DNA of 64,000 bases from Nitrospirota bacterium (lineage in GTDB: Bacteria > Nitrospirota > UBA9217): assembly GCA_963840455.1 (NCBI GenBank), contig CAWIYV010000014.1, positions 533,469 to 597,468 of the forward strand, in the 5' to 3' direction. Numbering within the stretch: the first letter of the stretch is position 1; every line of letters starts with the position of its first letter. Shown here piece after piece: positions 8,225 through 19,467 of the stretch. A program made the position numbers and the translations under genes. Under the pieces are notes generated by a model. The model saw only the letters and a list, made by a program, of their open reading frames with translations, was not told the origin of the DNA and did not search any database.

Positions 8225-9382
8225 TTACGCTATCCTTCTCAGTCCGTCTGCGATCCGGATGGTCGCGCCGCGCCAGGTGGGGAATATCCCGGCGACCGTT
8301 CCGACGATGAAGGCGGCCAGCAGGTCAAGGTAGATGGTCTCAGGCGTGATCCGGAAGACCGGGATGAACTGCCCCAACTTCTGGCCGGTCCATTGGGCGG
8401 CAGGAAAGGAGAGCGCCACACCCAGCACCCCCCCTGCCATGGCGATGACGAGGGACTCGCCGAACACCACGCCCGCCACATGCCATGCGCCGAAGCCCAG
8501 TGTCTTCAGCGTGGCGTACTCGGCGATGCGCTCCCGGGCCGTCATGGCCATGGTGTTCGCGGCCACGACCATGATGATCACGATGACCACATAGGAAACG
8601 AGCCGGATGGCGATGATAATGGCCTCGGTCATGGACACGAAGCTCATCTGGAACGCCCGTTCCGTCTCGGTGAGCGTCTCGGCCAGGGAGTTCTTGAACA
8701 TGCCGTCGACGAAGAGCGAGACCTCAGCTGCCAGGTCCGCGCTGGAGAGCCCCAGGACGTAGATGCCCACCATGTTGGCCCGGCGCGGGATGGTCTTCTT
8801 CATCACCTCGTTCCAGTAGTCCCAGTGAAAGAAGAATTGCGTCTCATCAGTGCTCTTTTCCGCTCCCTGGTAGATGCCGCGGACGACGAATTCCCAGTCG
8901 CCTGGACTGATGGTCCCTTTCAGGACGACGGTATCGCCGATCTTCCAGCCGAACCGCTCGGCAATGTTGCGCCCGACGACGCACCCCTTCCGGTCCAGGA
9001 TGAACGCTTTTTTCTGCTCGGGAGGGAGCACGAATTCCGGGTACAGGTCGAGATAGGTCTTCGCGTCCACGGCGAAGTTGGGGAAGAAGTTCTTCTCGGT
9101 GATGTACACGCCGCCGAACCAGTTCGCGTAGGATACTCCCCTGACGCCGGGCACCTGGCGTATCTTCTCACGGTAGGAGAGGGGCAGGGAGAACACGAGC
9201 GAGATGGCGTTCCGGGTGACGAGCCGCGACGCCGACGACGATTCCACGCCGAGGTACCATGCGGCGACGAGGGTGCGCAGGAGCCCGAAGGCCAGGACGG
9301 CAATGGCGACGCCGACGACGGTGAGCGAGGACCTAAGCTTGTGGCGCAGGGCGTTCCGGAGGATCAGTTTCAGAAGGAACAT
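8225..9382 (-). CDS. ABC transporter permease, FtsX/MacB family
   Basis: [11 protein letters not shown]; [15 protein letters not shown] motif. Confidence 0.9.
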   Translation of the reverse strand: MFLLKLILRNALRHKLRSSLTVVGVAIAVLAFGLLRTLVAAWYLGVESSSASRLVTRNAISLVFSLPLSYREKIRQVPGVRGVSYANWFGGVYITEKNFFPNFAVDAKTYLDLYPEFVLPPEQKKAFILDRKGCVVGRNIAERFGWKIGDTVVLKGTISPGDWEFVVRGIYQGAEKSTDETQFFFHWDYWNEVMKKTIPRRANMVGIYVLGLSSADLAAEVSLFVDGMFKNSLAETLTETERAFQMSFVSMTEAIIIAIRLVSYVVIVIIMVVAANTMAMTARERIAEYATLKTLGFGAWHVAGVVFGESLVIAMAGGVLGVALSFPAAQWTGQKLGQFIPVFRITPETIYLDLLAAFIVGTVAGIFPTWRGATIRIADGLRRIA

Positions 9383-9485
9383 GCTCGGCCCCCCTAGGGG
9401 AACATCCAACAGCATTTTTCCAAAGAGGTCACAACGTTCACCGAGAAAGGTACAAGCAGCTGCTGGCGAGCTATCAAGCCCGCGC

Positions 9486-9563
9486 CGTCATGCCGAGTGC
9501 TTCTCTCGGGGAAGCCAGGGTCATGCGATCGACGACTGGATTCCCGTTTTCACGGGAATGACG
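9486..9563. repeat. dRS3/RPE-like palindromic element
   Basis: CTGG-ATTCCC-N8-GGGAAT-GACG at 9536-9563 with a degenerate partner CGTCATGCCGAG...CTCGGGGAAGCCAG. Confidence 0.65.
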
Positions 9564-9637
9564 GAATACGAGAGAAACAGAGGCCGATCCGCACGACTGC
9601 CTGCCCTCTCAACCTCTTATCCTCCCCCTTCGGCCGT

Positions 9638-10336
9638 TCACCTGCTATTATCGCTCAGCACGCCCTTTTCCAGGTGGCGGACGAGGTGGGCCCGCTCCGC
9701 AGCCCGGGGATCATGGGTCACCATGATGATGGTTTTGCCGAACTCCTTGTTCAGCCGCCCCATGAGGCCCAGCACGTCCTCGGCCGAGACGCGGTCCAGG
9801 TCCCCCGTGGGTTCGTCGGCAACGAGGATGGTCGGGTCCGTCACCACGGCGCGGGCGATGGCAACGCGCTGCTGTTGGCCGCCGGAGAGCTGGGAAGGGT
9901 AGTGGTCCATGCGGTCCTGGAGGTTCACGACGGCAAGGGCCATCTCGACATGCTCGCGCCGCTCCCTGCGGGAGAGCCCGGTGAGCAGGAGCGGCAGCTC
10001 CACGTTCTCGTAGGCCGTGAGCACGGGCATAAGGTTGTAGAACTGGAAGATGAACCCAACGTTGACGGCGCGCCACTGCGCCAGGTCGGTCTCGGAGAGG
10101 GACGAGATGTCCACGCCGCCGATGGTCACCGTGCCGCTGTCCGCCTTGTCGATGCCGGCGAGGATGTTGAGCAGCGTGCTCTTGCCCGAGCCCGACGGGC
10201 CCATGAGCGCCAGGAACTCGCCGTCACAGATCTCGAAGGTGATGTCCTCGAGCACCGGCACGGTCTGGGCCCCGCGCCGGTAGGACTTGTTGATGTTCCT
10301 AATGGAGACTATGTTCTGGGGGCAGCGCTGTTCCAT
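9638..10336 (-). CDS. ABC transporter ATP-binding protein (LolD/MacB-like)
   Basis: Walker [27 protein letters not shown]. Confidence 0.95.
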   Translation of the reverse strand: MEQRCPQNIVSIRNINKSYRRGAQTVPVLEDITFEICDGEFLALMGPSGSGKSTLLNILAGIDKADSGTVTIGGVDISSLSETDLAQWRAVNVGFIFQFYNLMPVLTAYENVELPLLLTGLSRRERREHVEMALAVVNLQDRMDHYPSQLSGGQQQRVAIARAVVTDPTILVADEPTGDLDRVSAEDVLGLMGRLNKEFGKTIIMVTHDPRAAERAHLVRHLEKGVLSDNSR

Positions 10337-10344
10337 ATTGAGGA

Positions 10345-10450
10345 CCAGGGGTCAGGGTACAGGGGTTAGGAGCCAGGGGTCAGGAGAGTCATCGAGAAGA
10401 CAATTCTTCCAGTTCCTGTATTCTGGCTTCTGACTTCTGGCTCCTGTTCT
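10345..10450. repeat. Inverted tandem heptamer array
   Basis: CAGGGGT-like units followed by TTCTGGC/TTCTGAC/CTCCTG units. Confidence 0.7.
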
Positions 10451-11620
10451 TTACTTTTCCTTTCGTTTCACCTTCGAGCCGTTCCTGAGCTTCTTCGGTG
10501 GGTTCACGACGATCTTCTCTCCCGGCTTGATGCCTTCCCGGACCTCGATCTGGTCGCCGATCTTCCCGCCCACAGTCACGGCCGTTTCCACGGCCTTGTC
10601 GTCCTTCACGATGAAAACGACCTGTTTCCCGTTCCGGGAGACGAGGGCTGCCGGGTTCACTGCGGTCCGCGGTGTTTCTTCTTCGCGCGTGATCCCCCGT
10701 TCCAGGAACGCCACGCGCGCGCTCATCTCGGGCAGGACACGCGGGTCGCGCTCGGCGAAGCGGACCTTTACCATCACCGAGGCCTTGCTGCGGTCTGCGG
10801 TGGGCACGATCATATGCACCGCGCCCGGGAACCGGCTGTCCGGCAGGGCGTCCAGCTGGATCTCGCAGGGCTGGCCCACCTTCACCCTGGCGAGGTTCGA
10901 CTCCGACACATCCACCTCGACCTGGAGAGAGGCCATGTCCGCGATGGTTACGACCGAGGCCTTCGCATTGGCGGCGGCCCCGAGGGGCGTCACGATGTCG
11001 CCCACGTCAGCGTTCTTTGTCAGGACCACGGCGTCGAAGGGCGCGCGGATCAGGGTGTATTCCACCGCGACCTGCGCCGACCGCAGGGCCGCTTCTGCGC
11101 CAATGACCGCGGCATGGGCCCGTTTCAGGCGGGTGTCTGCGGCGTCCAGCTCGGACTGGGCCACATACCCCTTTTCACGCAGCTCTTTCATGCGGCTGAA
11201 GTTCTGCTCGGCGTCGGCAAGGTCCGCTTTCGCGCTGCTCACGCCGGCAACGGCCTGGTCGCTGGCCGCCAGGACGTCTCTGTTCTCGAGGCGGGCGATG
11301 ATCTCGTTGGTCCTGACCCTGCTCCCTTCCTCCACGCCGAGCCATTCCAGCCTGCCTGTAGCCTTGGAGGCCACTGCCGCCTTGCGCTGTGCCACGACGT
11401 ACCCGCTTGCGTTCAGGAGCGTAAAGGACTGGGAGGGGTAGACCCGCGCCACGACCGCGGTCTCCACCTCGACGGCGGGGTTGACGACAAATGTGACTAC
11501 AACAGAGAGCGCCACGATGATGCCGATGGCGATGAGCCCCCATCGGGGGATCTTCTGTTTGCGCTGGAAGTTCGCGCCCGATTTGTCGAGCTTCAACTTC
11601 GACAGGTCGCTGTTCGTCAT
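10451..11620 (-). CDS. Efflux periplasmic adaptor subunit (MacA/HlyD family)
   Basis: N-terminal TM; ASGYVVA, IRAPFD lipoyl-like halves; coiled hairpin. Confidence 0.9.
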   Translation of the reverse strand: MTNSDLSKLKLDKSGANFQRKQKIPRWGLIAIGIIVALSVVVTFVVNPAVEVETAVVARVYPSQSFTLLNASGYVVAQRKAAVASKATGRLEWLGVEEGSRVRTNEIIARLENRDVLAASDQAVAGVSSAKADLADAEQNFSRMKELREKGYVAQSELDAADTRLKRAHAAVIGAEAALRSAQVAVEYTLIRAPFDAVVLTKNADVGDIVTPLGAAANAKASVVTIADMASLQVEVDVSESNLARVKVGQPCEIQLDALPDSRFPGAVHMIVPTADRSKASVMVKVRFAERDPRVLPEMSARVAFLERGITREEETPRTAVNPAALVSRNGKQVVFIVKDDKAVETAVTVGGKIGDQIEVREGIKPGEKIVVNPPKKLRNGSKVKRKEK

Positions 11621-11751
11621 GGGTGGCCCCTTGAAAAATGTTCAACGGATGTGTACCGTTCCAATTTTCGCACACGGTCGGGCTTTGCGCAAGGGTAAAT
11701 GTGGCGGAGGACGATGTTGATGCGGTATCAGCGGGACAGGTATGCGAACGG

Positions 11752-12402
11752 TCAGGGATTTATCAGGAACTCGTCGGTCTCGGTCCTGTTGTTGGTGACG
11801 ATGACGCGGCGGCCTTCGATCCGGACCCGTCCCTCGGCATAGAGCTGGATGGCGCGAGAGTAGATCTTGTGCTCCTGCTTCAGGATGCGCGCAGAGAGCG
11901 TGTCTTCCGTATCATTGTCGAGGATGGGCACCACTGCCTGGATGATGATGGGCCCCGTGTCCATGCCCTCGTCCGCAAAGTGGACGGTGCAGCCCGAGAA
12001 CTTGACGCCGTGTTCCAGCGCTGCCTTCTGCACGTGCAGTCCGGGGAAGGACGGCAGCAGGGCGGGGTGGATGTTCAGGACGCGATGGGGGAACGCCGTG
12101 AGCAGCGTCGGCGTGATGATGCGCATGAAGCCCGCGAGGGCGACGAGCTCCGCGTTGTGCTTCTGCAGCTCCTTCACGAGCAGCGCATCGTACTCGTCGC
12201 GCCTGTCTTTGTATCCTTTCGCGCTCACATGAACGCCGGGGATATGATGCTTGCGCGCCCGCTCCAAAGCATAGGCGTCGGCCTGGTCGCTGATGACCAC
12301 GGCAAGCTCGGCGCTGAGCGACCCCTTCTCGATGTTGTCGATAATGGCCTGGAGATTGGAACCGCGGCCGGAGACGAGGACGCCGATACGGACTTTCTTC
12401 AT
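11752..12402 (-). CDS. purN: Phosphoribosylglycinamide formyltransferase
   Basis: SGRGSNLQA, LAGFMRI, NIHPALLPSFPG, DTGPII. Confidence 0.97.
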   Translation of the reverse strand: MKKVRIGVLVSGRGSNLQAIIDNIEKGSLSAELAVVISDQADAYALERARKHHIPGVHVSAKGYKDRRDEYDALLVKELQKHNAELVALAGFMRIITPTLLTAFPHRVLNIHPALLPSFPGLHVQKAALEHGVKFSGCTVHFADEGMDTGPIIIQAVVPILDNDTEDTLSARILKQEHKIYSRAIQLYAEGRVRIEGRRVIVTNNRTETDEFLINP

Positions 12403-12486
12403 GGAGAAAACCTCATGGGACGGCGGTCGGAATAAAGGTCGGCAGTCAGGAGAATTTCGACCGACGACTATCGACAACCGACTGGT

Positions 12487-13518
12487 TCACTTTTCTGCAT
12501 ACTTCACTCCCGGCCTGCCCTTGATGATCTCGCCGATGCGGTATGGCTTCTCGCCGAGCTTCGCTGCCTTCTTCATGACCGCATCCGCCTGCTTCTTCGG
12601 GACCGCGATGACCATGCCGATGCCCATGTTGAAGGCGCGGTACATCTCTGCATCGTCAACGCCCGACTTCTTCTGCAGGAGCCGAAACACGGGCGGGATG
12701 TCCCAGGTCTTCCTGCGGATGAGCGCCTGGGTCCCCTTGGGCAGCATCCGCGGGGTGTTCTCGGTGATGCCGCCGCCGGTGATGTGCGCCATGCCGCGGA
12801 TGTCGAAGTCCTTCATGAGCGCAAGCACGGTCTTCACGTAGATCCTTGTCGGGGCGAGCAGCACGCTCCCGAGCGTGCCGGCGCCCAGTTCGGTCAGCGT
12901 GTCGTCAACGCCGTAGCCGGCCTTCTCGAGCAGGACCTTCCGGACGAGCGAATAGCCATTGCTGTGGAGTCCCGAGGAAGCAAGGCCGATGAGCTGGTCT
13001 CCGGGCTTGATGCGGGACCCGTCGACGATGTCCTTCTTCTCCACCACGCCCACGGCGAACCCGGCGAGGTCGTATTCGTCCTCGGCGTAGAACGATGGCA
13101 TCTCGGCGGTCTCGCCGCCGATCAGCGCGCAGCCCGCCTGTTTGCAGCCGTCGGCGATGCCCTTCACGATGTTGGCGTGGTCCTCGGGCTTAAGCCTGCC
13201 CGTGGCGAAGTAGTCCAGGAAGAAGAGGGGCTCGGCGCCCTGCACGACGATGTCGTTCACGCACATGGCCACCAGGTCGATGCCCACGGTATCATGCTTG
13301 TTCATCAGGAAGGCGATCTTGAGCTTGGTGCCCACGCCGTCGGTGCCGGACACGAGCACCGGGTTCCGGTACTTCTTCAGCGCGAAGAGACCGCCGAACC
13401 CGCCGATGTCGGTCAGGACCTCGGGACGGAAGGTTGACTTGACGAAGGGCTTGATCTTCTGGACGAAGAGGTCGCCGGCGTCGATATCCACTCCGGCGTC
13501 CTTGTAGGTTATGGCCAT
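12487..13518 (-). CDS. purM: Phosphoribosylformylglycinamidine cyclo-ligase
   Basis: [35 protein letters not shown]. Confidence 0.97.
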   Translation of the reverse strand: MAITYKDAGVDIDAGDLFVQKIKPFVKSTFRPEVLTDIGGFGGLFALKKYRNPVLVSGTDGVGTKLKIAFLMNKHDTVGIDLVAMCVNDIVVQGAEPLFFLDYFATGRLKPEDHANIVKGIADGCKQAGCALIGGETAEMPSFYAEDEYDLAGFAVGVVEKKDIVDGSRIKPGDQLIGLASSGLHSNGYSLVRKVLLEKAGYGVDDTLTELGAGTLGSVLLAPTRIYVKTVLALMKDFDIRGMAHITGGGITENTPRMLPKGTQALIRRKTWDIPPVFRLLQKKSGVDDAEMYRAFNMGIGMVIAVPKKQADAVMKKAAKLGEKPYRIGEIIKGRPGVKYAEK

Positions 13519-13749
13519 ACAGCTCCTTTAACAGGCTGAAATAAGGAATGAATCCCATGCCCGAACCGTCATCGTGCCGTCATATTTCGGGGCAGGCGCT
13601 GCGATCCAGGACCGCTGCCGCTCTCAGTGATCGGGCATGCAAATCCGGGTGTTCTGGGGACAAAATCGGTACGATACTACCGAGAACCCCTCGTGATGTC
13701 AACAGGTTTTCACTGCAGAGGAAGGAAGCGGGTGAAGCGGCAGGAGCGG

Positions 13750-14217
13750 CTATTTCGCGACTCTGCGCTGGATGTCCTGAACCGTGGGGTTGTGCAGGAG
13801 CTCAAGGAACCTGGGATTTGCCATGAGCGAGGCAATGTCCCCGGAGCTTACCGCGTTCAGGACCTCGGGGTCTTCGAGCGCTTTCGTGAACTGGGGATCG
13901 TCCTTGAGCGATGTGATCAAGCCCATGACCTCCGCATTGCTCAGCATCGTGTCCTGGAGGCTCTTCACATCGCCGGCCCGAGGGGATGGTGACGTTGAGC
14001 TTTGCGGGCGGATGGCCCGGACCTTGGCGTCATCGATCGTGAGCGTGCCCAGGGAACCGGTCCTGATGGTGTATACGCCGCTGCTCAAGGACAGGACCTC
14101 GCCGGTGATGACGCTGCCGTCGATCAGTTCGACCTCCTTGATCTCAGCAGCCGCTGAGCCCGCTGCCAGCAGACCGGTCATGAGCAGCGATAGAAGGAAT
14201 GTTCGCACCATAGTCAT
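13750..14217 (-). CDS. Secreted hypothetical protein with STI1-like helical C-terminus
   Basis: Signal peptide; ELIDGSVITGEV beta motif; DPQF..ALEDPEV...LMANPRF..LLHNP repeats. Confidence 0.6.
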   Translation of the reverse strand: MTMVRTFLLSLLMTGLLAAGSAAAEIKEVELIDGSVITGEVLSLSSGVYTIRTGSLGTLTIDDAKVRAIRPQSSTSPSPRAGDVKSLQDTMLSNAEVMGLITSLKDDPQFTKALEDPEVLNAVSSGDIASLMANPRFLELLHNPTVQDIQRRVAK

Positions 14218-14218
14218 A

Positions 14219-15247
14219 CTATAACCCAGCTCTCTCAGTGTTGCAAGAGGGGTCTTTTCTGATGGAGCCCCTCGGAAGGTCCGGATCCGCGATGATCCTC
14301 GCGTCCCTGTTGTATTGTTCCCTGATGGCATGGATGTTCCGTCGGTTCTGGCCGATGGCGGAGGAGAGGTCCGCGGGGTTCACGGCGAAGGTGACGGGTG
14401 CGGACGCGTTCCCCGGCTCCAGGAGCGCGCGCATGGACTCGAGGAACCGGGAGGATCCGACGAGCTGCCTGAACGCCGGATGCCAGGGCCCGGCGAGCAC
14501 CGTGCCCGGGCGTTCGAGCTCTTCCGTAGGCTGGAGGCCGGCCCGGACAACGGCGATGCCCGCCGCTTCGAACCGTTCCATGGCGACGCGGCAGATGTCT
14601 ACGGCATCGTCCAGGGACAGCGGCGCGTATTTTCCCGTGAGATAGAGATCCGCGAGAGGCGTGTCCCTGATCACGAGGGCGGGATAGATCCTGACGAAGT
14701 CGGGCTTCAGGGAGATGACCCTGCTGACGGTTTCATGAAATCGCGCTGCTGTGTCTCCCGGCAGCCCCGGCATGAGCTGGAGGCCGACGAGGAAGGCACG
14801 CTCCCGGAGCAGCGTGACGGCGCTCGCGGTGTGGGCGGCAGTATGCCCGCGACCCGAGAGCAGGAGCACCTCGTTGTCCATGGACTGGGCTCCGAGCTCA
14901 ACGGTCCTGACGTGATAGTGCTTCAGGAGAGCGAGGATACCGGGCGTGACAGCGTCAGGCCGGGTGGAAAGGCGGATGCTCTCTATCCGGCCTGCTGCAA
15001 GGAATGGCTGAACCGCACCGAGGAACCTTTCCTGGTCCTCCATGGGGAGCGCGGTAAAACTGCCTCCGTAGAAGGCGACCTGGACCGGAACTTCCGGAGA
15101 AGCGGTCGCAAGATAGGATGAGATGGTCGAAGGAAAGGATGACGGATCAGGAGGCGCACTCTTCCCGGTGATGCTCTTCTGATCACAGAACACGCACTGG
15201 TGGGGACATCCTGCATGGGGGATGAAGAAGGGGATGATCATGCTCAA
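14219..15247 (-). CDS. Radical SAM protein (Elp3/YhcC-like, rnc-associated)
   Basis: CPHQCVFC CxxxCxxC; FYGGSFT, STRPD, ELGAQS, AGPWHPAF. Confidence 0.85.
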   Translation of the reverse strand: MSMIIPFFIPHAGCPHQCVFCDQKSITGKSAPPDPSSFPSTISSYLATASPEVPVQVAFYGGSFTALPMEDQERFLGAVQPFLAAGRIESIRLSTRPDAVTPGILALLKHYHVRTVELGAQSMDNEVLLLSGRGHTAAHTASAVTLLRERAFLVGLQLMPGLPGDTAARFHETVSRVISLKPDFVRIYPALVIRDTPLADLYLTGKYAPLSLDDAVDICRVAMERFEAAGIAVVRAGLQPTEELERPGTVLAGPWHPAFRQLVGSSRFLESMRALLEPGNASAPVTFAVNPADLSSAIGQNRRNIHAIREQYNRDARIIADPDLPRGSIRKDPSCNTERAGL

Positions 15248-15307
15248 AGCAGGAGACAGCAGTCAGGAGTCAGAATTCAGAAGGGAGCAAACGCAGCGGT
15301 AAGGCCG

Positions 15308-16021
15308 CTACTGCTCCTGGCTCCTGTCTCCTGACTCCTGACTTCTTAGTTTTTCCAGCGCCACTTTCGCCGCCCGCTGCTCGGCCTCCTTCTTGTTCCT
15401 GCCGGTCCCCCGTCCGCAGACCTCGCCGCGTATTGAGATCTCGACCGTGAACTCCTTCCGGTGGTCGGGGCCGGTTTCAGATACGACGCGGTACTCCGGC
15501 AGGATCTTGAGCCGCTCCTGGCAGAGCTCCTGGAGCTCGGTCTTGTGGTCCGCTGTGCCGCCCGCGGTCCGGACCCGGTCAATCGTGTCCCTGAAGAAGC
15601 GGGTGATGAAAGCGCCGGCCGGTTCCATGCCGCCGTCCAGGTAGAGGGAGGCGACGAGGGCCTCGAGGCTGTCGGCAAGGAGCGAGTCCTTGTCCCGGCC
15701 GCCGGTCTGCTCTTCGCCACGGCCAACCAGCAGGAACTCGCCGAGGCCGATCGTCCGCGCCACTGCGGCAAGGGACGGCTCGCTCACCACGGCCGCCCGG
15801 ATGCGGGAAAGCTCCCCCTCGGAAGCTTCGGGAAGGGCGTTCATGAGGAGCTCGCTCACGACGAGACTGAGGACGGAGTCCCCCAGGAACTCCATCCGCT
15901 CGTTGTGCTCAGACAGGCGGTTCTCGTTGGCGTAGGATTTGTGGGTAAGCGCGCGCTCCAGCAGGCGGGGATCATGGTAGGTGAAGGCGATCTGCTGCTG
16001 GAGCTCGCTGACGGGGCGCAT
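15308..16021 (-). CDS. rnc: Ribonuclease III
   Basis: ALTHKS, NERMEFLGDSVL signature, dsRBD with KKEAEQ.AA. Confidence 0.96.
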   Translation of the reverse strand: MRPVSELQQQIAFTYHDPRLLERALTHKSYANENRLSEHNERMEFLGDSVLSLVVSELLMNALPEASEGELSRIRAAVVSEPSLAAVARTIGLGEFLLVGRGEEQTGGRDKDSLLADSLEALVASLYLDGGMEPAGAFITRFFRDTIDRVRTAGGTADHKTELQELCQERLKILPEYRVVSETGPDHRKEFTVEISIRGEVCGRGTGRNKKEAEQRAAKVALEKLRSQESGDRSQEQ

Positions 16022-16022
16022 G

Positions 16023-17264
16023 CTACGGCCGGAACTTCCTGAATACGAGGGTGGCGTTGGTGCCGCCGAACCCGAAGGAGTTCGAGATGGCGATGTCCAC
16101 CTGCTTCTTTCGCGCCGTGTTCGGTATGTAGTCCAGGTCGCATTCAGGGTCCGGATTCTCGAGGTTGATGGTCGGCGGCAGGATGCCGCGTTCGAGCGCG
16201 AGGATGCTGATGACGGCTTCGACGCCGCCGGCAGCACCAAGCAGATGGCCGGTCATGGATTTCGTGGAGCTGATGGGAACCCTGCGGGCATGGTCCCCAA
16301 ACACGGTCTTGATGGCGATGGTTTCGAGTTCGTCGCCGTACTTGGTAGACGTGCCGTGGGCGTTGATGTAGCCAACCTCCGCGGGTGAGATGCCCGCGTC
16401 CTTGATGGCCATGTTCATGCACCGGGCCGCGCCCTCGCCGTTCGGCGCCGGGGAGGTAATGTGGTAGGCATCTCCCGACAGGCCGTAGCCGATGACCTCG
16501 GCCAGGATGGTCGCGCCGCGCCCTTGGGCGAACGCCAGGTCCTCCAGGACAATGATGCCCGAACCCTCGCCCATGACGAAGCCGTCCCGTTCCGCGTCGA
16601 AGGGGCGGCTCGCGCGTCCGGGCTCGTTGTTCCTTGTCGAGAGCGCCTTCATGGCGTTGAAGCCGCCGACGCCCAGCGGGCATATGCAGGACTCCGCGCC
16701 GCCGGCGAACATGGCATCGGCATCACCGCGCTGGATGATCTTGAACGCGTCGCCGATGGAGTGCGTGCCCGTGGCGCATGCCGTGACCGCGCAGGAGTTG
16801 GGGCCTTTTGCGCCAAAACGCATGGAGATGTGGCCGGCCATCTCATTGATGATCGACATGGGAATGAAAAAAGGAGTGATCCGGCGATACCCCTTTTCCA
16901 TATATGCGCGATATGCCCGCTCGATCGCGGGCAGCCCGCCGATGCCGGCGCCGGCGATGACGCCGATGCGGTCGGCGTTCTCCGGGGAGATCACGAGCTT
17001 TGCATCATCCATGGCCATCTGGCTTGCAGCAACGGCCAGATGGATGAACCGGTCCATCTTCTTGATCTCTTTAGGCTCGATGTACTTGGCCGCATCGAAG
17101 CCTTTCACCTCGCCCGCGATCTGGGTAGGGATCTCCTTGTCATCAAAATGGGTAATGGGGCCGATGCCGCTCTTGCCGGCGATCAAGCCTTCCCAGCTCG
17201 CTTCCGTATCCAGACCGACGGGGGTGACCATGCCGACACCGGTGACCACGACTCTGCGATTCAA
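16023..17264 (-). CDS. fabF: 3-oxoacyl-ACP synthase II
   Basis: [28 protein letters not shown]. Confidence 0.97.
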   Translation of the reverse strand: MNRRVVVTGVGMVTPVGLDTEASWEGLIAGKSGIGPITHFDDKEIPTQIAGEVKGFDAAKYIEPKEIKKMDRFIHLAVAASQMAMDDAKLVISPENADRIGVIAGAGIGGLPAIERAYRAYMEKGYRRITPFFIPMSIINEMAGHISMRFGAKGPNSCAVTACATGTHSIGDAFKIIQRGDADAMFAGGAESCICPLGVGGFNAMKALSTRNNEPGRASRPFDAERDGFVMGEGSGIIVLEDLAFAQGRGATILAEVIGYGLSGDAYHITSPAPNGEGAARCMNMAIKDAGISPAEVGYINAHGTSTKYGDELETIAIKTVFGDHARRVPISSTKSMTGHLLGAAGGVEAVISILALERGILPPTINLENPDPECDLDYIPNTARKKQVDIAISNSFGFGGTNATLVFRKFRP

Positions 17265-17386
17265 TGAAACACCTCCTGCTCATAAAATCCGAAAAGCCAA
17301 AAGACCCCCCTCGCTGGACAGGGGAGCGGCCTTCTGGCTTTCGGAACATGCTGAGAACACGACGATGATCAACCTATCGCCGTTGA

Positions 17387-17653
<267 letters not shown>

Positions 17654-17677
17654 CTATCCTGAACTTTGACTTTATAA

Positions 17678-18418
17678 TTACATGTACATGCCGCCGTTCA
17701 CATGGACCACCTGGCCGGTGATATAGGCGGCGGACGGTGATGCCAGGAACCGTACGGCGTTCGCCACGTCCTCGGACGAGCCGAGCCTTCCCAGGGGGAT
17801 CTGTTTCGCCAGGTCCGCCCGCACCTGGTCGGTCAGGGCTTGGGTCATGGCGGTATCGATGAACCCGGGTGCCACGGCGTTCGCCGTGACGTTCCGGTTG
17901 GCGTATTCCCGGGCGATGGTCTTGGTGAGGCCGATGAGGCCGGCCTTGGATGCGACGTAGTTCGCCTGGCCGGCGTTGCCCATGGCGCCGACGATGGAGG
18001 CGATATTGATGATGGTGCCTGCCCGCTGCTTCGTCATGTGCTTCAGGGCAGCCTTGGTGCAGAGGAACGCGCCCTTGAGGTTGATTGACAGCACGAGGTC
18101 CCAATCCTCGTCCTTCATCCGGAGGATGAGCCCGTCGCGGGTGATGCCGGCGTTGTTCACGAGGATGTCGATCCTGCCGAACTTCTCCACGACCTGGTCG
18201 ATCATGGCGGTCACGTCAGCGGATGCGGCCACGTTGGCCTTCACGGCCAGGGACTTTCTGCCCTTCGCTTCGATGTCGGCGGCGGTCTTCTGGGCCGCTT
18301 CAAGGTTCACATCGCAGATGGCGACATCGGCGCCGTCCGCAGCGAGGCCCAGGGCGATGTCCCTGCCGATGCCCTGCGCGGCTCCCGTGACGAGCGCGAT
18401 CTTTCCGTTCAAGCTCAT
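17678..18418 (-). CDS. fabG: 3-oxoacyl-ACP reductase
   Basis: TGAAQGIG, NNAGITRD, NYVASK, PGFIDT. Confidence 0.96.
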   Translation of the reverse strand: MSLNGKIALVTGAAQGIGRDIALGLAADGADVAICDVNLEAAQKTAADIEAKGRKSLAVKANVAASADVTAMIDQVVEKFGRIDILVNNAGITRDGLILRMKDEDWDLVLSINLKGAFLCTKAALKHMTKQRAGTIINIASIVGAMGNAGQANYVASKAGLIGLTKTIAREYANRNVTANAVAPGFIDTAMTQALTDQVRADLAKQIPLGRLGSSEDVANAVRFLASPSAAYITGQVVHVNGGMYM

Positions 18419-18429
18419 TCTATGGCTCC

Positions 18430-19362
18430 CTACAATCCTAAGGCGCCGAGCGTTTCGCCCATGCTCTTCTGGTCTTCCACGTTCAGGACCTTCGCGCCCT
18501 TGGCGATCCGCTTCACGAGGCCCGAGAGGACCTTCCCGGGTCCGATCTCGACGAAGGTGTCGTAGCCTTCCGCCGTCATGCGGTTGATCGAGTCTTCCCA
18601 GTAGAGGGAGGAGCTGATCTGCCGGATAAGCGACGGCCTCAGTTCTGCGGAGGTCCTGATGAACTTCGCATCGGCATTGTTCACGATGGGGATGCGAAGG
18701 TCTCTGATCGTTACCGTGTCGAGCTCCTTCGCCAGCCGGTCGCCTGCCTGCTTCATAAGGGAGCAGTGCGACGGCACGCTGACGGCGAGAGGGACCACTC
18801 TCTTCGCGCCCGCGGCCTTGGCCAGTTCCATGGCCTTTTCCACGGCATTTTTCTCGCCGGCGATGACGATCTGGCCCGGTGAGTTGTAATTTGCAGGGGC
18901 AACTATACCATTTTTGGACGCTTCAAGGCAAGTTTTTTCTACGGCGGCCCGGTCCATGCCGAGAATTGCCGCCATCAGGCCCACGCCCTCGGGCACGGCC
19001 TCCTGCATGTACTTGCCGCGCTTCTGCACGAGCGCAAGGGCGTCCTTCAGTTCGAAGCCGCCGGCGGCGGTGACGGCCGTGTACTCGCCGAGGCTGTGGC
19101 CAGCGGCAGTGCCTGCAGCCAGGCCGCGCCGCTCGAGGGGCCGCAGCATCGCGATGCTCGCGGCGAGGATGGCCGGCTGGGTGTTCTCCGTCATGTTCAG
19201 TTTCTCGGCCGGGCCGTGCATGCAGAGCTGGGCAAGGTCATAGCCGAGGAGGCCGCTTGCGAGATCGAAGACCTCCTTCGACTCCTTGAAATTCTCGATG
19301 AATTCCTTGGCCATGCCAACGTACTGCGAACCCTGGCCGGGAAAGATGAATGCGATCTTCAT
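18430..19362 (-). CDS. fabD: Malonyl-CoA:ACP transacylase
   Basis: FPGQGSQ, GHSLGEY, EIGPGKVL. Confidence 0.96.
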   Translation of the reverse strand: MKIAFIFPGQGSQYVGMAKEFIENFKESKEVFDLASGLLGYDLAQLCMHGPAEKLNMTENTQPAILAASIAMLRPLERRGLAAGTAAGHSLGEYTAVTAAGGFELKDALALVQKRGKYMQEAVPEGVGLMAAILGMDRAAVEKTCLEASKNGIVAPANYNSPGQIVIAGEKNAVEKAMELAKAAGAKRVVPLAVSVPSHCSLMKQAGDRLAKELDTVTIRDLRIPIVNNADAKFIRTSAELRPSLIRQISSSLYWEDSINRMTAEGYDTFVEIGPGKVLSGLVKRIAKGAKVLNVEDQKSMGETLGALGL

Positions 19363-19467
19363 GGTAACCTCTTGCGAGAACGTGTAGGGGGTCAAGGGCG
19401 AGGGGTGAGGCGCAAGGTGTCGTAACGATGCCCTGATCCCCTTACGCCTCACGCTTCACGGATTTTA

